Positions 9,021-17,790 of a stretch of 64,000 nucleotides of DNA are shown in pieces (position 1 is the stretch's first letter; every line of letters begins with the position of its first letter). The DNA is from a virus (Duplodnaviria > Caudoviricetes). The translations under genes and the position numbers were made by a program. The stretch lies in IMG/VR virus record IMGVR_UViG_3300027974_001530, one strand, 5' to 3'. Below the pieces are notes generated by a model that searched no databases, had not been told where the DNA came from, and saw only the letters and a program-made list of their open reading frames with translations.

Positions 9021-9620
9021 TTATTTCCAAATTTCTTTTGATTTCATATATCCAAGAACACAAGCATATGCGTCAGTTTGATCAAAGTTTTCTTTTTTAA
9101 GGGTATTGTTTCTTGTGTATAGCCATTTTATTTGTGGTTCTCTTTTTGCAACTTTTTCCCATATCAACATCTTCTTATCAACGTCTTTTGGTAATCCTCC
9201 AAATAAAACATATTTACCTTTATCATTTTCTTTAACCAACTCAGGAAAAGCAAATTTCCTTGAATTGTATGTTGATATAAATTCGGGTACTATATTTAGA
9301 GTTTCATATATTTCTTTAAATATAAAACTGTTAAATCTTAATAAAGTTTGTACTGTATACACATTATTAGAGTTCATTAACGGTTCTTCAATAATAACAC
9401 TAACAACCCCTAAATTTTTATATTGTATTAACTTTTCTCTAAAAATCTCACACTTAAGTAATAATTCTTTTAACTTTTCGTCCTCTTTCATTTTTGGTCT
9501 TGGCGACACATGTGTTAACTCCAACAATTGTTGTGATTGAATGTCAAATAACGCCCATCCTATTGTCTTAGTTGATATATCTAAACCAAGGACCTTTGGT
9601 GAATTTTTTATTTTTGCCAT
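9021..9620 (-). CDS. ruvC: RuvC-like Holliday junction resolvase
   Basis: VLGLDISTKTIGW, IIEEP and C-terminal DQTDA acidic catalytic pattern. Confidence 0.8.
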   Translation of the reverse strand: MAKIKNSPKVLGLDISTKTIGWALFDIQSQQLLELTHVSPRPKMKEDEKLKELLLKCEIFREKLIQYKNLGVVSVIIEEPLMNSNNVYTVQTLLRFNSFIFKEIYETLNIVPEFISTYNSRKFAFPELVKENDKGKYVLFGGLPKDVDKKMLIWEKVAKREPQIKWLYTRNNTLKKENFDQTDAYACVLGYMKSKEIWK

Positions 9621-9666
9621 AAAGTGTTTTTATTATAAAATAAATTAAACTTTAAAAAATTAAAGT

Positions 9667-12372
9667 TTAAAAATCTATTTTAACTAAGTACTGTTGGATT
9701 CCCTGTCTTAAAACAGGTGATTGTAATTTAGACATAACTAATATATCTTTATCTTCATCTAACAATGCAATTTCGGTTATATAAGATTTTGTACCTTGTT
9801 TCCAAGTTGGGTTTGTTGTATTTTGGAACTCGGTAAAATTTAAATTAATTTTATATTTCATCTCATATATTGTTGCCATAATATCAGACTCAAAAGACCC
9901 ATAAAAATAGTATTCATCACCAAAATTTAAATCAGGTACATCATTACCAATTTTTGTTAAATTAATGTAATTACCTAAATCATAATATGGTGCTTTATCA
10001 TATTGATCTTTAGTTATAACAAATGTATTATTTGTTAATGTGTCTTGGGTTACTATACCTCCTAAATCACTCGTATAATCAATTACTCTCCAATTTGATG
10101 GGTCAGGTCTTTGACCTGTTACCACTTTTTGACAAATTATTTGGAAGTATTCCGCAAAATAACCTTTTGTGATGTCACAAGTTTGTGGACATATTGTTGT
10201 TGTGGTGGTGATTGGGTAATAAGTAGTGGTTGTACTTGTGATTGGATAATAAGTGGTACTTGTAGTTGTGATTGGATAATAAGTTGTAGTTGTTGTTGTT
10301 ATTGGATTTTCCCCCAAACAATTAAACTCTCTTCCAAATCTTACCGCCACGTTTTGTGAAACATTAGGACTACAATCATTATTATTACCGACTAATTTAA
10401 CATAGTAATTACAATGTAGTGAATTAGTACTACATGTTTTATTTGTAAATCTATAAGTTACATACATAGTTTCTCCATTACCTGTAAGAACCCCATCAGC
10501 ATTTAAAGATGCTTGTCCACAAGTGTTAGGGGTTATTAACGATAGTTGTGGTGCTGGTAATGTAAAGTTTCTATTTGACTTGTAAGACATTGCAGCAATT
10601 ACCTCTTCATCATCAATAATAATTAATTTACTATCAGGGAATACTTTACCAATTCTATTAGGTAGTCCATTTTTATTTTTATTGTTATCCCAAAGATGAT
10701 AATATCTAATTCCAGGATTATTCATATCATCATTTTTAGTTGTTTGTACATATCTCACTTGGAATAGTCCCTTACCTTCAAATTCTGGAGGATCTACCCA
10801 AAACGTTTGTCCAAAACAACAATCGGGATTTTTATGCCACATTAACCATGGTATATGTAGTCTAAAATTTCTTGCTTGACCTGTAGTATCATCAAGATTT
10901 GACGGATCATAAGGTTCTAACGCAAATTTTTCACCATAGAAGAAATCTATGGTTTGATTAGTGTAGTGTATAATTGCAATCGCTTTTTGTTCTTCAGGTT
11001 CAACATCAACAACTTCACCTAAAGAGTTATAATAGAATGTATCTGTTGTCTCAGCACTTAAAGTGTTATTAATAAAAAATGTCTGACCTGAATTTGAATT
11101 GTACCCAAAGTATTCTTTAGACCCGATATAATCTACAGATCCAAAATATTCATACCCTTCATATTTTGTTGGTACTAAACCAGCAGGATTTTCAGTCCAT
11201 GGAATGTTCATATTCCAAATTTTTACATCAAACTGATCGGTATCACATATTGATTCAAAATCAATAACTTGTTCACCCCAATGTGGGTTTGGTGTTAGAC
11301 TATCATATATAGATGTCATGTTTGGCGGATAAATTAAAGTTCTCGCATAACAATGACTAATAACGGTACCGCAAAAATCAGGTGTATTTCTATCTAATGT
11401 TATTATATCTTCACAAACATCAACAATTCTATATGTTAATATCTGATAACAAGAGTTCATAGAGACCACACAATTAGGTGGTGGTGGTGCCGGACACAAT
11501 CTACTAGGTGTAGGTGTCAAACATGGTGTTTTAGTTGGCGTAGGTGTAGGTGTTGGCGACTCACAAGGATTATAATTTTTAGTAACACTTGGTGTCGGTG
11601 TCGGTGTTGGTGTTTGAGATGATGTCGGTGTAGGTGTTAATGCCGGAACGTCTTGACAATCTCCCCATACCAAGAAATCTCCATCTTCTGTTGTTAAAAA
11701 TTCAGATAATTCTGTCATTAATATACATGTCTCTGAAATTGGCATTTGAGATGATGTGGGTGTTGGTGTGAGTGTTGGGGTTACGCTTGGGGTTGGTGTT
11801 GGTAAATTAATACAACTACAGTCATACTCTCCAAAACCATCATAATAAATTGTTATAATATCACCTATAGATGGTTTATTTAAATTCGTATAGTTACATC
11901 CAGAATATATTATTTGTACTTTATTTGACCCACTTAATGTGGACATATCTATAACATAATTAGAACTAACAACATACTGATCATTAGTTAATGCACTCCA
12001 AACTATTGTGTCGGCGGTGGTATTACCCGTAAAAAAACCTCTTAATGGGGCTCTATTATAAACAGGTTCAACAACAGAGTCCATATATGGTATACCATAT
12101 GTTGATCCACTAGATCCATCAACATAATAAGGATATTTAATACTTTGTCTATTTGATTCAGGTACTCCCGCAGAGTTTTGTGTATTGAACGCAGGTTCTA
12201 ACACAAATAAATTATTGTAATTATAATTTGATGGTAATTTATCGTACGACACTTCACTATCCCCTACTTGGAAATACGCAATCTTAAAACTACCCTGTGA
12301 TAATTTTTTTCTACCTGTGTCAGTAACTCTAGTGTTAACTAACCCTGATGTATTTTTAATTATATATGCCAT
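9667..12372 (-). CDS. large tail/baseplate-associated structural protein with inserted Pro-Thr and Thr-rich tracts
   Basis: N-terminal VTDTGRKKLSQGSFKIAYFQVGDSEVSY and C-terminal YITEIALLDEDKDILVMSKL resemble conserved ends of large-myophage tail/collar proteins; TATTTAT upstream. Confidence 0.6.
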   Translation of the reverse strand: MAYIIKNTSGLVNTRVTDTGRKKLSQGSFKIAYFQVGDSEVSYDKLPSNYNYNNLFVLEPAFNTQNSAGVPESNRQSIKYPYYVDGSSGSTYGIPYMDSVVEPVYNRAPLRGFFTGNTTADTIVWSALTNDQYVVSSNYVIDMSTLSGSNKVQIIYSGCNYTNLNKPSIGDIITIYYDGFGEYDCSCINLPTPTPSVTPTLTPTPTSSQMPISETCILMTELSEFLTTEDGDFLVWGDCQDVPALTPTPTSSQTPTPTPTPSVTKNYNPCESPTPTPTPTKTPCLTPTPSRLCPAPPPPNCVVSMNSCYQILTYRIVDVCEDIITLDRNTPDFCGTVISHCYARTLIYPPNMTSIYDSLTPNPHWGEQVIDFESICDTDQFDVKIWNMNIPWTENPAGLVPTKYEGYEYFGSVDYIGSKEYFGYNSNSGQTFFINNTLSAETTDTFYYNSLGEVVDVEPEEQKAIAIIHYTNQTIDFFYGEKFALEPYDPSNLDDTTGQARNFRLHIPWLMWHKNPDCCFGQTFWVDPPEFEGKGLFQVRYVQTTKNDDMNNPGIRYYHLWDNNKNKNGLPNRIGKVFPDSKLIIIDDEEVIAAMSYKSNRNFTLPAPQLSLITPNTCGQASLNADGVLTGNGETMYVTYRFTNKTCSTNSLHCNYYVKLVGNNNDCSPNVSQNVAVRFGREFNCLGENPITTTTTTYYPITTTSTTYYPITSTTTTYYPITTTTTICPQTCDITKGYFAEYFQIICQKVVTGQRPDPSNWRVIDYTSDLGGIVTQDTLTNNTFVITKDQYDKAPYYDLGNYINLTKIGNDVPDLNFGDEYYFYGSFESDIMATIYEMKYKINLNFTEFQNTTNPTWKQGTKSYITEIALLDEDKDILVMSKLQSPVLRQGIQQYLVKIDF
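10208..10307. repeat. 30-nt tandem repeat (about 3.3 copies) encoding PITTTxTTYY
   Basis: Units start at 10208, 10238, 10268 and 10298 (partial), core gtgattgg(g/a)taataagt. Confidence 0.9.
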
Positions 12373-12400
12373 TTAAATTATAAATATTAAATAACTTTTT

Positions 12401-13405
12401 TTATTTGTTAAAAACTACCTTCGTAACATTACAACAATTGCAATTAATTACTTGTAAATTTTTTAAAGTTAATGTCAAATCTTGACTACCATTATAACAT
12501 AAAGTTTTAACGTCAATATTTGGACTAATACTACTCATAATATATCCTATTAACGTGTCCCCACTTTCAATGGTTAAATTTTGCCATTCTTTTATTTTAA
12601 TTATTCTATAATTACTACCAATACATGGTCTTTGTAAGTTAGTAACTTGGGTGTTTTCACTAAAATTTGTGTATTCACTTATATCTCTATTATTAATATA
12701 GACTTGTTCGGTATAATTTTGTATAACAGAATTTACTTCTGGTCCATAATTTAAAACATTTTGATAAACAAGATCAAATTTTAATTTTATATTATTTGTT
12801 AATTCAGGATTACAAACAACACTAAATTCTCCATTAGTTTTATTATAATTTAATGTAACAAAATATTGTGTAGATTTATTTTTTGGTATTATAACTTCCT
12901 TAATTGTTTCCGATTCTTTACTATCAACAACTTTAACAACATATTTACCTTCACATAGATTTTCAATTATGTTTCCAAGTTGTTTTTTATCATTTAAAAA
13001 ATATTTAAAAGGTCCTATCCCACTAAAAGTATCAATGATTAAAGATCCGTCACATTTACAAGAACTGTTTTTTATGTTAACACTATAATCAACTATCACA
13101 TTATTAACGCAATCTCCTGTTGTAATTCTAATATTTTTTATTTGTTTAGGTGGTCTTGATCCCAAAATCTGCCATCCAGATAATGGAACATCATTTGTGG
13201 TATATGTGAAAATAAAAGTATTTTCAACCCCACTTAATACCCATTGGTTTGTATCTCCCGTATACCAAAATATGGTATATCCATTAGAATTAACCCAACT
13301 ATTTTTTCCATTAACTTCATTTGATGGTTCAAAAGCGTAAGTCTCAACTTTTCTAACGTTATTCTCCAATACTTCAGATAAAAGACATAATTCCATACTA
13401 TTCAT
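12401..13405 (-). CDS. putative virion protein with one SprB-like repeat and an aromatic NGK..W module
   Basis: CDGSLIIDTFSGIGPFKY...IENLCEGKYVVKVVDS. Confidence 0.6.
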   Translation of the reverse strand: MNSMELCLLSEVLENNVRKVETYAFEPSNEVNGKNSWVNSNGYTIFWYTGDTNQWVLSGVENTFIFTYTTNDVPLSGWQILGSRPPKQIKNIRITTGDCVNNVIVDYSVNIKNSSCKCDGSLIIDTFSGIGPFKYFLNDKKQLGNIIENLCEGKYVVKVVDSKESETIKEVIIPKNKSTQYFVTLNYNKTNGEFSVVCNPELTNNIKLKFDLVYQNVLNYGPEVNSVIQNYTEQVYINNRDISEYTNFSENTQVTNLQRPCIGSNYRIIKIKEWQNLTIESGDTLIGYIMSSISPNIDVKTLCYNGSQDLTLTLKNLQVINCNCCNVTKVVFNK

Positions 13406-13406
13406 A

Positions 13407-14462
13407 TTATACGCAATGACCTAAAGTAGATTCGTTTATTCCGTATATTACAGATGGATTATTAATCCAATTTTCGGTGATAGTACTATTAGGATAATCA
13501 GAAGAATTACTCAAATATGAATAATAAGACCCTGAAGGTCCTGCCGTTGGGTTAAATATTTGCCAAAACTCCCATCTATTATCAACATCATCCCAAAATA
13601 CGTATCCAATTAATGATGGTGGGAATGTTGAAGGATTATATACTCCATAGTAAAACTTATTATTATACGTTCCTGCAACATAAGCATTACTTGTAATTAT
13701 TATAGGTGTTGTCCCATTTTTAACCACAGTAAAACACATATCTGTTGGCGGATAACTACATAAACCATATGATGTTAACATATATGTAACTCTTTCACTA
13801 ACCCAATCAACTGTGTTATCAACAGGGAAACTATTTGTTGATGGTAAATACGCAAGTAGTAACCCTCCACCTAAAACTAAAGTCATTTCCCATCTATTTA
13901 ACGTTGAGTTCCACCAAACGTAAGCATTTCCTCCAACACCAACTAAAGTATAATAGTACTTACCATTATAAAGTCCTGTTGATGGTATTGTTGTATATAT
14001 TGGGCCCAAAAATTCATATTCAGTTGTAAAACAAATGATTGGTTCTGGAGTTGCCGATGGTGTTAGACTAGGTATCGGTGTTGCCGTTGGTGTTAAAGTA
14101 GGTGTAGGCGTAATGGTAGGTGTCGGTGTAGGTGTTGGTGTTCCTGTTGGTGTGGGCGTTGGTAATGCCGTAGCACTTAAAATACATGTTGTATTAACAA
14201 TAAAATCACCATAAGAATCTGTTATTGTAACAGGGTATTCTCCAACCCCTAAATTTGTAATTGCTGGAGCTATATTTCCGTTTTCCCAAGAAATTGTATA
14301 TGGTGGTGTTCCTCCCGTAACTCCAACCGCAATAGATCCATTAAAAGTTGTAACATTTGTTGGTTCTTTACTGAAGCATTTAGCCCCCATAGGAAATATT
14401 GTGAGAACGTCACATTCATTTCTTGGTTCAATACTTGGTTTTGGTCTATCAGGTGATGCCAC
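13407..14462 (-). CDS. putative virion protein: SprB-like repeat, Pro-Thr linker, two aromatic modules
   Basis: GSIAVGVTGGTPPYTISW...ITNLGVGEYPVTITDSYG; GTG start; TATTTAT at 14477-14483. Confidence 0.65.
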   Translation of the reverse strand: MASPDRPKPSIEPRNECDVLTIFPMGAKCFSKEPTNVTTFNGSIAVGVTGGTPPYTISWENGNIAPAITNLGVGEYPVTITDSYGDFIVNTTCILSATALPTPTPTGTPTPTPTPTITPTPTLTPTATPIPSLTPSATPEPIICFTTEYEFLGPIYTTIPSTGLYNGKYYYTLVGVGGNAYVWWNSTLNRWEMTLVLGGGLLLAYLPSTNSFPVDNTVDWVSERVTYMLTSYGLCSYPPTDMCFTVVKNGTTPIIITSNAYVAGTYNNKFYYGVYNPSTFPPSLIGYVFWDDVDNRWEFWQIFNPTAGPSGSYYSYLSNSSDYPNSTITENWINNPSVIYGINESTLGHCV

Positions 14463-14486
14463 TTTCTTTTTTATTTATAAATACAA

Positions 14487-15464
14487 TTATTTGTCGTTTT
14501 CAATGAAAGATTTCATAACTTCTATATATTTGATCGTTGAATTATTAACTTCAACATAATCAAAATGATTAGGGTTATTCCTTAATTTTTCAATTGGGTC
14601 TACATTTATATACTCGCCCTTGTAAAACTTAATTCTTTTAAGATTGTCAGTTACTCCGGCCATGTGTAGTATTGGTTTTTTTTCGTACACTTGTATTGGG
14701 TCTGTTGCCCAAGAAAAATCTAACTCTTTTGTTATTTTTGTGTCGTTACCGTTTAACCAAAGATTCCAAAGTAATGACCACATCTCTGCAGTCCAAAATT
14801 GGATCTCTCCTGGATTTATTGGGAATCTTTTTTGATAATCTAACATTTGGTTATACAAAGGAGTACAATCGGTATATATTTTTTTCCACAGATTATGATC
14901 TGTATTTTTGATTAGGTACTGTCCTCCTCCTGAATTTTCTTGATTACATTTAACACAATCAACACTAACTCCAATAACATCAACCATTTCTTGTAATAAT
15001 TGACCTTTTTCAGATGTTGGGTGGTTTTTTTCATATCTATTACAACAATCCATAATATAATTGTAACCTATGTAACCAATTGTGTCTGAAAGATATGTTA
15101 TATCATCATCTAATAATAAATTAAAATTAGGTAAATAATTAAATATAATATCGGCATCGTGTAGAAAAAATAACTTACCAAATTCAGGATATTCCTCTAA
15201 CCATTTAGAGATTAGGTAAGGTTTAACGCTTGGTATATACGTTTTTACGTCTCTATTATCCTCATAAAAATGAATGTTTATTCCAAAATCTTTTAATTTT
15301 AAGGCATCTTCAGTCGGGGTTTTAGCTCCGTGTACCATGGCAAAAATTACGTGAATTTGGTTTGGGTCAATTCCTTTTTCTATAAAATTGTGAACATAAA
15401 GTTTAATTTGCCAATGAAAATATGGAACATCGGGTTGTGCGGTTACAAATACAATATCTTTCAT
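14487..15464 (-). CDS. GT-A glycosyltransferase resembling peptide O-glycosyltransferases (SGT1/GT96, HPAT/GT95)
   Basis: TAQPDVPYFHWQ, YIPSVKPYLISKWL, FFLHDADII (DxD), SGGGQYLI, WTAEMW and PILHMAG occur in the order recalled for plant SGT1/HPAT motifs; no signal peptide or TM segment. Confidence 0.7.
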   Translation of the reverse strand: MKDIVFVTAQPDVPYFHWQIKLYVHNFIEKGIDPNQIHVIFAMVHGAKTPTEDALKLKDFGINIHFYEDNRDVKTYIPSVKPYLISKWLEEYPEFGKLFFLHDADIIFNYLPNFNLLLDDDITYLSDTIGYIGYNYIMDCCNRYEKNHPTSEKGQLLQEMVDVIGVSVDCVKCNQENSGGGQYLIKNTDHNLWKKIYTDCTPLYNQMLDYQKRFPINPGEIQFWTAEMWSLLWNLWLNGNDTKITKELDFSWATDPIQVYEKKPILHMAGVTDNLKRIKFYKGEYINVDPIEKLRNNPNHFDYVEVNNSTIKYIEVMKSFIENDK

Positions 15465-15470
15465 ATTGAA

Positions 15471-15498
15471 AATATATTCGTAAAAGTAAAAAAGTGAA
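15471..15498 (-). promoter_or_regulatory. early/middle-type promoter for the glycosyltransferase, probably leaderless
   Basis: TTCACT-16 nt-TATATT-6 nt-ATG(15464). Confidence 0.45.
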
Positions 15499-15499
15499 T

Positions 15500-17458
15500 T
15501 TAATAAATTTTGTTTAACGTGAATATCTCTGAATATATTGAGTTTCCTGCGTTATTAGTATTCCATTCAGCAGTGACAAGAAGTGTATTAGATATTGTAG
15601 TATCAAAAGTTGTGTTGTTTACAATACTGAAATTTACTCCTTCAAAGTCAAGTCCTCCATTTTTAGTGTATGAAAACAATCCCCCTGATGCTATAGAACC
15701 TACACTTGCAACTCCTAATTGTCTAATAGTGAAGTTCACATCTAGTTTCCAATGTTTATTAGTGGTGGCATTCATTGCCATTACCCCTGTTTCCGCTAAT
15801 AATACACCCGAATCCGTTTTAATTCTAATATGTAAAGTGGCAGAACCCACACAAGATAGATGCCCTATTAACACTCCATGAAAACCATCACCCACACTAA
15901 ACCCATTTGCGGGAATTATAATAGATCCTACTCCCCCACTTATTAATGTAGTCTCAACAGTTGTTGCACTTACTGCAACGCTGGTTCCTGTTTGAGAAAA
16001 TAAACCATATACCGTTGGTCCAGGAATTGTTTTAACTTTAACTTCACCCGTTGATCCGTCTCTTGTTAAATAATTTAGGGTTGTTCCCGTATCTGTTGTT
16101 GGTGTTGATGATATGTTTAATGTTGTTGCCGTAAGTCCACTTGATATAATAGTATTACCACTTACGTGTAGTTTTTTTGATGGTGTGGTTGTCCCAATAC
16201 CAACGTTACCTGTACTAGTGATATTTATTACACCAGATGATGGTGCAGACGTTCCAATACCACCTATTGACATAGTACCACCAGAAGGGGTATTAATCCA
16301 AAAAGATGTACCTAATCCATATTGTAATCTTAAACCGGTATTAGTATTACCTGACCCCCATATAAATTGATTACCATCTACTATGGACACTTTTTCACCG
16401 GGGTTTGTTATTCCAATACCAACACGACCAATTGAGTCAATTACAAATGGTGTTGAATCAGGGTTGGTGCTATCTTCTACTAAGAATGAGTTACCGGCAT
16501 TTAAATTATTTATGTGAAGTTTAGCAGTTGGTGATGTTATACCAATACCCACATCACCTGATGAAGAGATAACCATTCTAGGTGTACTGTTTGGTCTAAA
16601 TGATATACTATTACTTCCTAGAGTTCCTATAATAAACTCATTACCTGCGTTAAATAACTCATTATTATCTATACCAATACCGTTATTAATTGTACCAACT
16701 AATAATGTTGAACCTGATAAACTAGTACCACCAATTGTTGATGATCCACTAATAGCGATTTGTAATCGTTGAGTAGGGTTTGAATTACCAATACCCACAT
16801 TACCAGATGATGATATATACATTCTAGGGTTAAATTCAGTACCGAATATAAGTTTTCCACCAGAAACTTGATTAAAAACATTTAAATTAGTACTACCAGA
16901 TGTTTCATACCCAATAAAACCAAATCTACCGGCTGATATCCCTTGTGGGTAATATTCTTGATATACATGATCAATACCTTCATATCTAACAGAATTAGCG
17001 TTACCACTGATCTGTAGGGCAACTGCTGGTGTAGGTGTTCCAATACCAACACGACCAATTGAGTCAATTACAAATGGTGTTGAATCAGGGTTTGTATCAT
17101 CCTCTACTAAGAATGTATTACCTGATGTTGTGTTGTTTATATGAAGTTTTGCTGTTGGATTTGCAATCCCAACCCCTAATCTATTATTTGCTAAATCAAT
17201 GGTAACCGCACTTGTAGACCCAAAATAAACATTTCCTTCATCTAAAGGGTTTATGTTAAGAGGTGAACAAGAATGGATGTTAGAAACGTATAAATCGGTA
17301 ATACAATAACCTGTTATTGAGTCGAAAACTTGTGATATTTTAGCCTTATAGGAAGATCCCGCCGGGTTTCCTTGTGATGTGTCACCTGTTATAACAATAT
17401 GAATTAAATCATTTAATGTTACTCCTGTCGCTAAAGATCTGTCTGTTAAAAATGCCAT
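15500..17458 (-). CDS. tail fibre-like protein with G(N/R/D)VGIG repeats
   Basis: Repeated GRVGIGTPTP / GNVGIGNSNP / GDVGIGITSP / GNVGIGTTTP beta-fibre units and a globular C-terminal domain. Confidence 0.7.
   Translation of the reverse strand: MAFLTDRSLATGVTLNDLIHIVITGDTSQGNPAGSSYKAKISQVFDSITGYCITDLYVSNIHSCSPLNINPLDEGNVYFGSTSAVTIDLANNRLGVGIANPTAKLHINNTTSGNTFLVEDDTNPDSTPFVIDSIGRVGIGTPTPAVALQISGNANSVRYEGIDHVYQEYYPQGISAGRFGFIGYETSGSTNLNVFNQVSGGKLIFGTEFNPRMYISSSGNVGIGNSNPTQRLQIAISGSSTIGGTSLSGSTLLVGTINNGIGIDNNELFNAGNEFIIGTLGSNSISFRPNSTPRMVISSSGDVGIGITSPTAKLHINNLNAGNSFLVEDSTNPDSTPFVIDSIGRVGIGITNPGEKVSIVDGNQFIWGSGNTNTGLRLQYGLGTSFWINTPSGGTMSIGGIGTSAPSSGVINITSTGNVGIGTTTPSKKLHVSGNTIISSGLTATTLNISSTPTTDTGTTLNYLTRDGSTGEVKVKTIPGPTVYGLFSQTGTSVAVSATTVETTLISGGVGSIIIPANGFSVGDGFHGVLIGHLSCVGSATLHIRIKTDSGVLLAETGVMAMNATTNKHWKLDVNFTIRQLGVASVGSIASGGLFSYTKNGGLDFEGVNFSIVNNTTFDTTISNTLLVTAEWNTNNAGNSIYSEIFTLNKIY
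16411..17092. repeat. 55-bp perfect direct repeat inside the fibre gene (16411-16465 and 17038-17092)
   Basis: ttccaataccaacacgaccaattgagtcaattacaaatggtgttgaatcagggtt occurs twice, encoding NPDSTPFVIDSIGRVGIG. Confidence 0.95.
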
Positions 17459-17481
17459 TTAAGTTTTTTTTAATAAATATT

Positions 17482-17790
17482 TTAAGTTTGGAAATCATAT
17501 TCCTCGTTATCCATAAAATAAAAGTCGTCTCCGTCTTGAAATTGTTTTATTGTAAGAGATTGTTGTGTACAATCAACTATTTTAAATATTTCACAACCTA
17601 ACGAGTCAATTAGTTTTATACCAACCGCAGGTGCGGTGTTAAATTGTGATGGTATTGTTAATACTATTGTTGGTGGTTGTGGTGGTAACACATTTGCAAC
17701 CAAAACACATTGATTACCATAGACATCACAAACAAACACATTATATGATGTGAAAATAAAACTTGTTGTTTGTATCTGTATCTGTGCCAT
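17482..17790 (-). CDS. small Cys-containing beta module plus acidic aromatic C-terminal tail
   Basis: YNVFVCD...C...IP...GIKLIDSLGC; TAATG coupling to the upstream gene. Confidence 0.7.
   Translation of the reverse strand: MAQIQIQTTSFIFTSYNVFVCDVYGNQCVLVANVLPPQPPTIVLTIPSQFNTAPAVGIKLIDSLGCEIFKIVDCTQQSLTIKQFQDGDDFYFMDNEEYDFQT

Noticed and set aside
9645-9670. 11-bp inverted repeat TTAAACTTTAA / TTAAAGTTTAA as a terminator or operator
   Set aside because: It is almost purely A/T and weakly stable, so plausibly chance in this composition.
12401-14462. One gene split by a frameshift or read-through at 13405-13409
   Set aside because: The junction TAA-T-ATG is the same tight spacing seen elsewhere (7329/7331, 47216/47218), and there is no slippery site. 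It cannot be fully excluded without homologues.
16411-17092. Diversity-generating retroelement TR/VR pair
   Set aside because: The core is identical, flanking mismatches are not adenine-specific, both copies are mid-gene, and no reverse transcriptase is in the window.
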